28,168 bases of DNA, taken from a virus. This document shows positions 6,138 to 15,768 of the stretch, piece by piece. The position numbers and the translations under genes are program-made. The stretch is taken from UHGV virus genome UHGV-0200095; one strand, 5' to 3'. Within the stretch, counting starts at the first letter, position 1, and each line of letters starts with the position of its first letter. The notes under the pieces are model-generated. The model was not told the origin of the DNA. It ran no database searches and worked only from the letters and a program-made list of their open reading frames with translations.

Positions 6138-8753
6138 TTACACCTCCCGCTCAATCGAACACGCAAGCCAAATATCATGTGCCGTCAATGTTTTGCTGTC
6201 TGTTTCGTCTTGCAATCCAACGGCTTGAAGTTTGCCGTCCGCTGTCTTTTTGATTGTGGTGTTGTCAATTTGAGTTTCTTGTGCAGTTGCTGATATAATA
6301 TTATTCTCGATAGTAATACCAGTTCCAGCAGTCAACTTCTCCTGCATTCCATCATTGATTAACTGCTTGAGCGGATTGTATCGAGTTCCGTCTGCGATTT
6401 TTAGGTTTGTTATATCGAAAACCGATTCACCCGCGGATTTCTCTATGTTTTCGTAGACCATTTTTCCAACAGATTTGTCCGTTGGTTCGGTTGTGATGAT
6501 ATTATAATCCGAAGATGCCGTTGAACTTATAGTGACAGCAGTGCCTTCTTCATTCGCATCAATGTTTATGTTGTTTCCAGGCAAAATTGGAACATTGAAC
6601 TCTGTGTTGATGTTTTTCGTCTTTACATTAACAAATTCTTGCCCCGCATCGTTTGAGTCTTTTTCTTCGTATGTGATTTGTCCACTACCCGAAACCGTAA
6701 GTCCGTCAGTTGTATCATACAAGACTGATTCTTGCCCAACATTTGTATCAATTTTTGTCAATGAGGACATTCCGCTGACGATTTCCCCATCAACCAAAAG
6801 TTTACCAGCCTTATAATTCTTTTTGCCTGAAATTTCTTGCTCACTTGTTAAGTCAACATAGTTCGCCAAATCGACCTGATTCATGCCCGTGTCAATCCAT
6901 GCAGCACTTGCTTCTGAATAAGTATATAAAACTTTGTCGTTGTCTTTGTCTGTTAGAGTGATAATCAATCCGTCAAAACTTCTTGGTTGTCTTGAATAAT
7001 TATCAACCATATATTGTGTTGCAACTGTTTGAACTTCCACCTCTGTGCAAGAAATTACAAGATTTGGATATTTGTTTCGTATTTGAACGGCTGTTATTTG
7101 CTCTATTTGATTTTGCACATATGCCCTTGTCGCAATTCCGCTCCCATTGACATTAATGGCATCCACATTTGAGGATGATGACCTCAACGAAATATTGTCG
7201 CCTCTTAATGTTATACCATTTTCATCAATTTCAACCTTTGCAAGTGTTCCCTCTGATGTTGTCACATCAAGTGAGAATTTTGACGGAATTGAAACGATTT
7301 TGACAGAGTTTCCTTGTCTTGTTGTCAAAAATGTTTGTCGTGGGTCATAGTTTGGGGCAATCTCGTTTGTAATTTCTGAATATGTGTCAGTGCTTACTTT
7401 CGCAACTTTATCAACTTTGGTTTGAAGCGCTGCAGTATTTGCCTCAATCATATCAAGCAAATCGTCAAAATCTGACACGGTTGCAATTTTTACATTTCCA
7501 GTGAGTATTTCCTTGTTTACATCTGAAATCACATTTATGCCATCAAAACTCAAATTTGTTGCGACAATCGTTCCATCTTTTCGAACTTTAAAGATTGTTG
7601 CGGGAATTTCGGCTGTTCCATTTCCGACAACAAAAAGAGCATCGGCATCATTTGTGACATCATTGACAGCACCAAAAACGGTCTGATTTTTTTCGGTCGC
7701 CTTTACGCCCTCGCCGTGAGCGAAAGAATTTTCTCCACTTGCGATTGACGAGTCTCCGCCAGCATGAGAGTTATTGCCGCTTGCTGCCGTCTTCTTGCCT
7801 TCAGCGTGTGAAAAGTCCCCAGTCGCCGTATTGTTGATATAGTCGTTAAAGGTTTCGCCACTTTTTGCCACAGTTGTACCAACCTCTGTTTTGACCCTAT
7901 AACCAACACTGCGTCTAATCCAATCAACGGGGCTTGAGTTGTCTTCCGAAATTGACGGCTCTGACATGCCATATGAATTGGTTTTTTGCCAAATATACCC
8001 CTTGTGATATACGATGTCGCCTTGCTTATACTTAAATCCGCTATCCCATGGCAAGATTGCGTGACTTTCAAACCAACCGTTGTCAATGTCGTTTTGTATG
8101 CTTGCCAGTGCAGCCAAAATTTGGTCGTAGATTGTTTGACTTGGGGTCTCAGGTAAGATTATTTCGTTGCCTTTGTTGATTGGCACCGATACTATTGTTG
8201 TGGCTTGCCTTTTAACACTTCCAGCCTTATATGTCACGGATAATGCTGAGCCACTTTGAACTACTCCGCCCGTTAAAGTAATCCCATAGTCATTTAACTC
8301 AACAGCAGTGCTATTCAAACGCCACACTTCGCCATTATACCTAAACACGTATTGCCCACTATATTGCACTTTTGTGGCAAATATGGCAGCGTTTACGGTT
8401 GCCCCTACAGGAGCAGAGCCTACAGACTCGATAGAAGCCGAAGGCAAAATTTTGCCCGCAGTGACCGCAAAAAACTGAAAATTAACTCTTCCGCTGGATT
8501 GAGTGATTACGTCGTCAATGTCTATGTTCCATGCGTTCGCTTTCAAATCTTCTGGCAGTGGCGAAGTGTCGAACTCTGTCATAAGAACTGGCTCGCTATA
8601 TAACGAGTTTGGCAATTGATAACTCATATATACTTGCGTTCCAGACGCCCAAGGGGCGACAACAACGATTGTATTTGCCTCGTTTGAGCCCTCGTAAACA
8701 TTTTCTGGTATGCTGTTGCACAAATTGCCTTTTGCATCAAATATAAAAACCAT
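6138..8753 (-). CDS. tail fibre / upper-baseplate adhesin
   Basis: BppU-like N-terminus, CBM5/12-like WDSGFKYKQGDIVYHKGYIW, YadA-head-like SHAEG/SHAGG/SFAHG repeats, QEKLTAGTGITIENNIISA fibre motif. Confidence 0.75.
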   Translation of the reverse strand: MVFIFDAKGNLCNSIPENVYEGSNEANTIVVVAPWASGTQVYMSYQLPNSLYSEPVLMTEFDTSPLPEDLKANAWNIDIDDVITQSSGRVNFQFFAVTAGKILPSASIESVGSAPVGATVNAAIFATKVQYSGQYVFRYNGEVWRLNSTAVELNDYGITLTGGVVQSGSALSVTYKAGSVKRQATTIVSVPINKGNEIILPETPSQTIYDQILAALASIQNDIDNGWFESHAILPWDSGFKYKQGDIVYHKGYIWQKTNSYGMSEPSISEDNSSPVDWIRRSVGYRVKTEVGTTVAKSGETFNDYINNTATGDFSHAEGKKTAASGNNSHAGGDSSIASGENSFAHGEGVKATEKNQTVFGAVNDVTNDADALFVVGNGTAEIPATIFKVRKDGTIVATNLSFDGINVISDVNKEILTGNVKIATVSDFDDLLDMIEANTAALQTKVDKVAKVSTDTYSEITNEIAPNYDPRQTFLTTRQGNSVKIVSIPSKFSLDVTTSEGTLAKVEIDENGITLRGDNISLRSSSSNVDAINVNGSGIATRAYVQNQIEQITAVQIRNKYPNLVISCTEVEVQTVATQYMVDNYSRQPRSFDGLIITLTDKDNDKVLYTYSEASAAWIDTGMNQVDLANYVDLTSEQEISGKKNYKAGKLLVDGEIVSGMSSLTKIDTNVGQESVLYDTTDGLTVSGSGQITYEEKDSNDAGQEFVNVKTKNINTEFNVPILPGNNINIDANEEGTAVTISSTASSDYNIITTEPTDKSVGKMVYENIEKSAGESVFDITNLKIADGTRYNPLKQLINDGMQEKLTAGTGITIENNIISATAQETQIDNTTIKKTADGKLQAVGLQDETDSKTLTAHDIWLACSIEREV

Positions 8754-8764
8754 ATTTTCACTCC

Positions 8765-11700
8765 TTAATCAATATCGTGTGTAAATTGAAATATTATTTG
8801 TGGTATTGTGTCGCCCTTTTTAATGTTCATATTTTCCCCCAAAATCAATTCATTTGTGCCGTTCTCAACGAGAACATAACTTTTGCCGTTTGCCGTTGAG
8901 ATTTGTTCGGGGATTTTGACATAGGTCGCTGCGGTTTCCGAATTGCTTCCGCGAATACCTTCAGCAATGTTGCCGTCTTTCGAAAAGTCCTTAATCAAAA
9001 CGGCGTCTGTTAAATCTAGCGAAGTTTGCCATTTTGTGATTTCGGTCGGCAAGACATACATTTTTAGGAATTTGGTTGCGTCATAATCTTTAACGAGAAT
9101 GCTATTTCTTGTTAGTGCTTTTCCTAAAATTATATTAGCACTCAAAGTCTGAAAATGCAATTGATATGTCATTGATATTTTCTCGCGGCTATCTTTATTG
9201 ACCGTCACTCTTGGAGCAGCGAGCGGGTATAACGAGGAGTATGGCACAGCAAAATTTTGATTTCCCGAACTTGTGGAGATTTCTCGATTGCCATTTGGCA
9301 ACACTTCTCCTTCAAGTTGTCTTTGTGCATGCAATGTGTTATACGGAGACGATAATTCGCTATCAAAGAAAGATTGAGGGAAATAATCGCCTTTTGTTAT
9401 ATAAATCATATACATATTGCTAATGCGCCCAAATTCGTCGCCGTATGGCGTATATGTTTGGGTTTTATCAGCAGGAGTTATGCCTTTGGTTGCCGTTGGT
9501 CCAACCGAATAGTTGTCTTCCATGCTCCATGATAGTGCCACAGAGTTGCCGAATGACGCTGCAACACATGGCACAATGAGTGTTTGCGTTAAAACACCTT
9601 CAATGTCTATTCCATAGTATCCAATTGGCTCAAAGGCAACTGATGTTATGTTCGTGGTGGCAAATCCGTCTCCCCATTTTATCCAGTATTGCCCCGCTTT
9701 TGAATACGTGTGAGTATAACTTGTCAATTTTTGCAAGCCTGAACCATCGCCCCAATCCACGCAATACAAGTCGCCGTCAACAAACGTTCCATAATTCCTT
9801 ATATCCACGGTTTCGCCAGCGTCAACGCGAACATCTTGCTCGTTTATCAGTGCTTGGTGTAAAACTTGCCCCATGAATGCCTGTGCGAGAAATTTCGGAA
9901 ACAACGCACCGCCCGAAAGTTGAGAGTTGTCGTTTAATGAATAATCAACATCATGCGAAATAAGGCAAATATCTTCCATTATGATTTGTCGGTCAACCGA
10001 TTGCTTCTCCGACACTTCATAATATCTTCTATTGCTTAAAAGTCCGATATATTCGCTTATTTTGTTGTAATCTTCACAAAGCGTGCAAGTCACATTCATA
10101 TATTCTGGCAAATATTCAACCGATACGTCCATGACATAGTATTTGCCCTCAATCAATGCTCCTGTCGGTGGAATATTCGAGAGTTTGTTTGTCGCAAAGG
10201 TCAAAGTCTTTTCAATGTTTCCAAGTTTTGCGATTGCACCTTTTATCTTTTCGCCATAATGATTGCCCGACACTGTGTTTTCGGTCTGATTGTATGCTAA
10301 AACGGACTTTTTCGTTTTATTCCAAACTGGTTTGCGTTGTTTCAATCTTGCCGAAGTTAAAGGCACATATTCGACCCTAAATAGCATGTTTGTCAAATTG
10401 TTGTGATTTGACAATATCTCCGCAGACACTCCGGTTATTGTTGACAAAATATTATATATGGCATAATGCTTGAAAGCCTCAATGACAGTGTCTTGATTTC
10501 GCAAATTCAAGCCTTGAATGTTTCTCGTTCCTTGGGTGTAATATAGTGCATAGTTTTTGCTCCATGGATATGAACCGCTATAACTAGAAAGGGCTTGATA
10601 TTCGGCATTTTCGTATAGATATGGTTTTAGGTCAAACGTTTGATATTCTGGTGTATTTGTAAGACTTACGTTGACGTCACAAATCCACAAGTGATTGACC
10701 TCATATATCGGCAAAATTGTCCAAATCAAGCAGTTATCTTCTGTTATCCTATATTCCTCAGTCGTTGCCCTTGTTGTCCTTGCCATTTGAGGGTCAGGGT
10801 CGACTATGGATACAATGTTTTCGTCATCATTAAATATCATGTTGTCAACATTTGTGTCGAGCTCTGTGCAATAGTTCTCAATGTCCGCAGCATAATTTTT
10901 GATATAATATTTTTCGTTTATCTCGAATTTGTCGTTTTGACCCAATTTATCAAAGTGTATTATTTTGCCTGGCAATAAACGAGGTATTGCATGAATATAT
11001 CCGCCAACGGTCAACATTGCTTCCCAAAGCGTCATTTTTGTGAATGCAAACTCTGGCGCCTTAACCCCGCTCAACCAATCCCGTTGCGTGTCGTCAAGGG
11101 AAAAATCGGGCATCTCTCCCTCGTATAGCGTTCTCACACTTTGACACAAAACATCAACAACGTCAGCGATTGTGTATGCTGGTGGAACTTTGAGAGCCTT
11201 TGCGCTTTGAACAACGGAAAATTTATACTGCACAATTGTTCTGTTGTAAAATATGTTTGAAACGCCTTGAATCGCTGGAGTGTCGACATAATATTGAACA
11301 ACCCATTCTCCCTCGTCAACTGCGAATGTTATGTCCTCGTTGCTAAATTCTGGCGATTGATATTTGAGTTTTGAATTGCGGCCGATTTTCATGTATAGAT
11401 GTTTTGAATTTCCAATCAACTTATAATCATCTCTAAAAAACGAGACGGGGTTTTTGAATGTGACATTCGTCCCCTCTTGAATTGGAGTCTTATATTGCTC
11501 AATTGTTGGCGCGTTTTGAGAGAATGTGCCAATTTTTTTATAATATCTTGAACCTGTCCAAAATGCCCAGTATCTGACTGGTCTATTTTTTATCGTGGAA
11601 TATAACGTTGTTTGAATGGAACCAGTGACGGGCTTGCTAACGTAATCAAACTCTCTGCCAACATCAAGTGCATTTGTGAATGTTTTTGTGTCGACAAATT

Positions 11701-12007
11701 CGCGCTCCATGAGTTTTGTCAATTCAATCAAAATAAGCGTGTGCGTCCACGCCTTGCCATTCCCAACAATCACCTCTTCAACCTTATCGTTCGCAATAAC
11801 TCTATATATTGTTTTTGCTTGCCCATAGTCGTCTTCAATGCTAATTGCGACATCTGCAAGCCTATCGAATGGCATTTCGCGGTCAACAAAAGAAAGCGTC
11901 AATGTTGACTGGTCGAGGCTCTCGTCCAGTGTTTCCTTGTCTTTTACTGGATAAATTGCAAATCTTGTGAAATCTATTCCGTCAACTAAAACGCTTTTTA
12001 ATATCAT
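8765..12007 (-). CDS. large tail tip / hub protein with inserted PKD-like domain
   Basis: 1080 aa. Position, hub-like N-terminus, and VDWGDG...HTYSKAGQY PKD-like motif. Confidence 0.6.
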   Translation of the reverse strand: MILKSVLVDGIDFTRFAIYPVKDKETLDESLDQSTLTLSFVDREMPFDRLADVAISIEDDYGQAKTIYRVIANDKVEEVIVGNGKAWTHTLILIELTKLMEREFVDTKTFTNALDVGREFDYVSKPVTGSIQTTLYSTIKNRPVRYWAFWTGSRYYKKIGTFSQNAPTIEQYKTPIQEGTNVTFKNPVSFFRDDYKLIGNSKHLYMKIGRNSKLKYQSPEFSNEDITFAVDEGEWVVQYYVDTPAIQGVSNIFYNRTIVQYKFSVVQSAKALKVPPAYTIADVVDVLCQSVRTLYEGEMPDFSLDDTQRDWLSGVKAPEFAFTKMTLWEAMLTVGGYIHAIPRLLPGKIIHFDKLGQNDKFEINEKYYIKNYAADIENYCTELDTNVDNMIFNDDENIVSIVDPDPQMARTTRATTEEYRITEDNCLIWTILPIYEVNHLWICDVNVSLTNTPEYQTFDLKPYLYENAEYQALSSYSGSYPWSKNYALYYTQGTRNIQGLNLRNQDTVIEAFKHYAIYNILSTITGVSAEILSNHNNLTNMLFRVEYVPLTSARLKQRKPVWNKTKKSVLAYNQTENTVSGNHYGEKIKGAIAKLGNIEKTLTFATNKLSNIPPTGALIEGKYYVMDVSVEYLPEYMNVTCTLCEDYNKISEYIGLLSNRRYYEVSEKQSVDRQIIMEDICLISHDVDYSLNDNSQLSGGALFPKFLAQAFMGQVLHQALINEQDVRVDAGETVDIRNYGTFVDGDLYCVDWGDGSGLQKLTSYTHTYSKAGQYWIKWGDGFATTNITSVAFEPIGYYGIDIEGVLTQTLIVPCVAASFGNSVALSWSMEDNYSVGPTATKGITPADKTQTYTPYGDEFGRISNMYMIYITKGDYFPQSFFDSELSSPYNTLHAQRQLEGEVLPNGNREISTSSGNQNFAVPYSSLYPLAAPRVTVNKDSREKISMTYQLHFQTLSANIILGKALTRNSILVKDYDATKFLKMYVLPTEITKWQTSLDLTDAVLIKDFSKDGNIAEGIRGSNSETAATYVKIPEQISTANGKSYVLVENGTNELILGENMNIKKGDTIPQIIFQFTHDID

Positions 12008-12510
12008 TATTCTGCCCCCATTCTTGAGCGATTAAAACTATACCCCGCACGACTGCGGATTTGCTCCAACCTTTGATTTTCGATTATTTGATTTATTCTT
12101 AATTGCGCTGCTTTTTCGGCGTAATCAATGCCAATCTGAGCAAGGGATAGCGCAACGCCAATAGCGACTCCTGTTCCTGCGCCTAGTCCAAGTCCGACCG
12201 CATATGTTTGCGCAGTCGCAATATTGCTGAGCGTTTGGCTTCCATAACTAGCAATTTGCATCGCAACATTGACCCTTTGCTGCATTTCGCTTGAGCCCGT
12301 GACAAGTTGCACATTGCTTGCAATAAAACTCATGACCCTTTTAAGTCCCGCATCAATCGTCTTGCTTGCCAGCATATTTGACAGTTTGCCCGCATAATTT
12401 GGCTCTCTTTCTTGTGCAGATGGCGTAGGAGAGGCAAGCGCACCATCGCCCGCCCCCTCTCTTATCTTGATAACAATTTCATATCTGTTTTTGTTGCTAC
12501 CTTTCGCCAT
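12007..12510 (-). CDS. putative miniature tape-measure-like protein
   Basis: 167 aa, Ala/Gly-rich helical with hydrophobic GLGLGAGTGVAIGVALSLA, in the tape-measure position. Confidence 0.45.
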   Translation of the reverse strand: MAKGSNKNRYEIVIKIREGAGDGALASPTPSAQEREPNYAGKLSNMLASKTIDAGLKRVMSFIASNVQLVTGSSEMQQRVNVAMQIASYGSQTLSNIATAQTYAVGLGLGAGTGVAIGVALSLAQIGIDYAEKAAQLRINQIIENQRLEQIRSRAGYSFNRSRMGAE

Positions 12511-12519
12511 GTTTCTCCT

Positions 12520-14421
12520 TTATTTCCAAGTATCTGGTATGTCTGCGTAGTTTGTCAACGCCGTGCATCCGTTAAATGCTCCCGAATAGCTGGTTATTGT
12601 CGAAACTTCCCACAATTTAGGGGCTGTTCCACTTGGTGAGGCTATTGTGTTTTTAAACATGTTTTTAACGACTTTTAATGTTTCCGGAACAACTGAGCCG
12701 AACACACTGTCGGTCACGTTGTTATCGCCTACCCAAATAACGTTCTCAAACGCACTCTCTGTGCTATATAGTTTTTGCATATTTCCGAATATGTTCCCCA
12801 AACTTGAAAGTTTTGCGCCCTTAAACATATTCTCGGTATTTGTGACACCAACCAAGTTGAGCGGTGTATGAATCTCAATTCCGCCGTCAACCGAAGTTCC
12901 GCAGTTTTCGAACATTCCACCAACAAACTGTATATTTGGCGAAAATTCCTGATATATAACTCCAAGGTTTGAACAACCCGAGAACATATTGCCGCAATGA
13001 ACAACATTTTTGAGTGGCGCGAATATGCCGACAGGAGTCTCTGATATGTTGGTCTCTGCAAACATAAATTGCGTTGAGTCAGCATTTGGAAAGTTTTCAA
13101 GCAGTCTCTCACAACTTCCGTCCTCTTCATATGAATATGAAAGTGACGAGCAACCTCTAAATAGACCCAACAAGGCTCGCTGTTCAGCAAGCGGATTGCC
13201 AGCAGGTCTTTGATAGTCCGGATTTTTGAATCCAGGCATTGGGCTGCCCCACGGTATGCTTGCAAGTTTTGCGTGATTTTTGAAACTTGCAAAACTGATT
13301 TTAATATCGCCCCATCGCTCAATAGAAATTATCGCTGCGTTTTCGTTATAATTCGACCAAAATGAATATAGAGTTCCCCAAACTTTGACTGTATATATTC
13401 CCGGTTGCGAATATTGATGCCCACCGGAAACCTCTTCAATTTCGTCACTATCGCCCCAGTTTACATACGCCTTTCCACCACTGCCAAAAACGAATGGGTC
13501 GGCATCTACAAAACTAGTGACTTGAACTTTAAAAACCATTGGAGCGCCAATGTTTGGCATTAGTTCAGGTTTGCCCTCAACAAGGTTTAACCCCGATGTT
13601 ATGTTCTTTGCGGCTTGTAATGACATACTACTTTGCCCAAACACCATGAAATACGAGGCAATATCGTCACCGCCAAACCGCGTGAACTTCTTTCCCCTAA
13701 TTGTCACTAGGTGACCTTTGTTTTGCTCGTCACACCTCAAAATATCGTTCCAAACCTCACGGCCACTTGTCGATTTCAGCAAAGGAAGCCGCAAATCAAT
13801 CGAAATTCCGTTTTGTTGAATAACTGTATTGATATGCTTGTCGTCAGAGTATTGGTTTGCTTGTGCCGTCTTAACCCTGGTTATTTCCCCGGAAACAAAA
13901 TCAACTTCTTCGCCGTCAATCTCAATTGACACATCGTTCGAATTCATTCCGTTTTCAACATAAGTAAAAAAGCAATCAAGACTAATTGGAACCATTTTTC
14001 CAATTGGGGCAACTTGCTCGACCGCTCCAACAACCGCACTTCCAAAATATGACGTGACATCAAACGTTGAATCGTCAACAAATGTCATTGTCTGGCCGTT
14101 CCAAGCCGAAACAAGTTCATTCAACGTCTCTCTAACATTCTCAACCTCTGAATAACCGCCAGTTTCAACGTCCGTTGCCTGAACATCCATATCAATAGCA
14201 ATAGTCAAAGTGCAAGATATGACGGCGGATAGCCAGTTTTTAATCGGCGTAATGTCTGTTGAGTTGATTTGCAACATTGCATTTTTATATCGCGTGACGG
14301 TATTTCCTTGCCTTGTAGCCTCTTGATAATCTGCAACGTCAGAAAAAACTTTATAAACACCCCTATTCAAAGCGTTTAATTTTTGCTCCAAAAACTCTGC
14401 AAATTTTGTCAACTTCATCAT
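12520..14421 (-). CDS. tail protein: putative terminator/tube-like N-terminus + PKD-like + BspA/DUF285-type repeats
   Basis: VNWGDS...HQYSQPGIYTVKV motif, repeated MF..C/MF.. units, AF.GCTALTNY..IP..WK cap. N-terminal assignment from position only. Confidence 0.6.
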   Translation of the reverse strand: MMKLTKFAEFLEQKLNALNRGVYKVFSDVADYQEATRQGNTVTRYKNAMLQINSTDITPIKNWLSAVISCTLTIAIDMDVQATDVETGGYSEVENVRETLNELVSAWNGQTMTFVDDSTFDVTSYFGSAVVGAVEQVAPIGKMVPISLDCFFTYVENGMNSNDVSIEIDGEEVDFVSGEITRVKTAQANQYSDDKHINTVIQQNGISIDLRLPLLKSTSGREVWNDILRCDEQNKGHLVTIRGKKFTRFGGDDIASYFMVFGQSSMSLQAAKNITSGLNLVEGKPELMPNIGAPMVFKVQVTSFVDADPFVFGSGGKAYVNWGDSDEIEEVSGGHQYSQPGIYTVKVWGTLYSFWSNYNENAAIISIERWGDIKISFASFKNHAKLASIPWGSPMPGFKNPDYQRPAGNPLAEQRALLGLFRGCSSLSYSYEEDGSCERLLENFPNADSTQFMFAETNISETPVGIFAPLKNVVHCGNMFSGCSNLGVIYQEFSPNIQFVGGMFENCGTSVDGGIEIHTPLNLVGVTNTENMFKGAKLSSLGNIFGNMQKLYSTESAFENVIWVGDNNVTDSVFGSVVPETLKVVKNMFKNTIASPSGTAPKLWEVSTITSYSGAFNGCTALTNYADIPDTWK

Positions 14422-14783
14422 ATCTTATAATTCTCCAATCGTCTTTTTAGATACAAGTATATAAACTCGGCTGCGTCATTCCACCAACCCTCATTGGGGT
14501 TTTGTTTCCCTCTCCAAAACTCTGATATCCATGGCTCGTTCGTGAACGGCATATATGGGGCTTTGCCAGGCATGGGTTTCTTCGTGCTTCCGCTTGTGTC
14601 TACCCAGATTACAAACTTTTTTTGAAAGTTTTCCCGCCTATCTATTTGCCACTCGCCACGCAATGCCTTATCCGCCAAGTTTCCAGTGTCTCTTGGAGCA
14701 TACTTTCTAACCCAAGCCAACGCATCGTAGAACATCGCCGTCACGTCTCTTTGGAACTTTGCATCTTCGTCCGCCGTCATCAT
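14418..14783 (-). CDS. HK97 gp10-like neck / tail completion protein
   Basis: APRDTGNL motif. ATGA overlaps with both neighbours support start 14783. Confidence 0.7.
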   Translation of the reverse strand: MMTADEDAKFQRDVTAMFYDALAWVRKYAPRDTGNLADKALRGEWQIDRRENFQKKFVIWVDTSGSTKKPMPGKAPYMPFTNEPWISEFWRGKQNPNEGWWNDAAEFIYLYLKRRLENYKI

Positions 14784-15154
14784 GGCTCTAATCCCCACAC
14801 ATTTTTAACTTGAACAAGGCTTAACACATAATCGGTTTCGGGGTTTTTAGCAAGCCAATAGAGCGTTTGCGAGTTGACATTTTGTCGCAATCTTTCAATT
14901 TGCTGAATTGTCCACATTTTTCGACTTTTTTTGTCGATTATAAACTCGCCAACCTTAAAATCAATGTCCCAGTTTGTTTTGATAACGTAGGTTGTGTCGT
15001 CCGCAATTAAATTGTTGATAACCGTGCCAAATCTCTCATTTTGGTCGTTTAACTCTTCAAAGCGAAAATATGTGCCGTGTTCGTTGTTGTCCTTTGTTTT
15101 ATATCGCCTTGCTTCCAAATACTGAAAAGATTGCGACGTTAGTGCTCCAATCAT
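14780..15154 (-). CDS. putative head closure (stopper) protein
   Basis: 124 aa, beta-rich, between adaptor and neck genes. Confidence 0.55.
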   Translation of the reverse strand: MIGALTSQSFQYLEARRYKTKDNNEHGTYFRFEELNDQNERFGTVINNLIADDTTYVIKTNWDIDFKVGEFIIDKKSRKMWTIQQIERLRQNVNSQTLYWLAKNPETDYVLSLVQVKNVWGLEP

Positions 15155-15162
15155 AGCCCCTC

Positions 15163-15684
15163 CTAATAATTCCCCAAGGCGTAATCGCCAATATCTGCAC
15201 GTCCTATCAATTCGGGATAACCTCCGCTATATAGCAACGATTTGCCAGTTTCTTTGAGGTTTCGTTCCAGTATGCGGCGAGCATTTGGCGACAAAATGCG
15301 GTTTGAAAAATCTTGCATCTTTCTGCCCTTTTTAATGTCGACACCGCTATATTGCGACAAATCGCCTCCAAACATAAAATACAAAACTTGTTGCTTCAAA
15401 GCGTCCTTGATTATTTTCCTAGCACTTTGAGCCTTTGCTGCCAACCACTCTTGAATGTCATTATCGCAACTCGCGTCATACATTTGCGAATACACGACCT
15501 CGCTTATTTGCCTTAATGTCGCATTTGCATTTTCGCCAACGTTTGCCGCTCCCGTAGGATTTAGCGCTTCCTGTAAATTGATGTTTAGTTCTGCCAAAAC
15601 GCATTGTGGCGTCAAAATATACATATGGCTGTCGTAGTCATATCTCATTGCTTCGTCACTGTATGGGTTAATTATACCTGCCAT
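15163..15684 (-). CDS. putative head-tail adaptor
   Basis: Helical 173 aa directly after the capsid gene, with K.A...Q..Y and lSP.A...L...G..LY.G pattern of adaptors. Confidence 0.65.
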   Translation of the reverse strand: MAGIINPYSDEAMRYDYDSHMYILTPQCVLAELNINLQEALNPTGAANVGENANATLRQISEVVYSQMYDASCDNDIQEWLAAKAQSARKIIKDALKQQVLYFMFGGDLSQYSGVDIKKGRKMQDFSNRILSPNARRILERNLKETGKSLLYSGGYPELIGRADIGDYALGNY

Positions 15685-15741
15685 TTTTACCTCACTGTTG
15701 GAATTTGTCGGACCTGACCCGACTTGCTGCCTTTATTCCAT

Positions 15742-15766
15742 AAAAAGCGGAGTTTCCCCCGCTTTT
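15742..15766 (-). terminator. intrinsic terminator after major capsid gene
   Basis: AAAAGCGGGG-GAAA-CUCCGCUUUUU. Confidence 0.9.
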
Positions 15767-15768
15767 GT

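Noticed and set aside
15700..15740. SRP RNA-like words (UCAGGUCCG, AAGGCAGC)
   Set aside because: They are in the wrong order and lack the GGAA tetraloop helix; likely coincidence.
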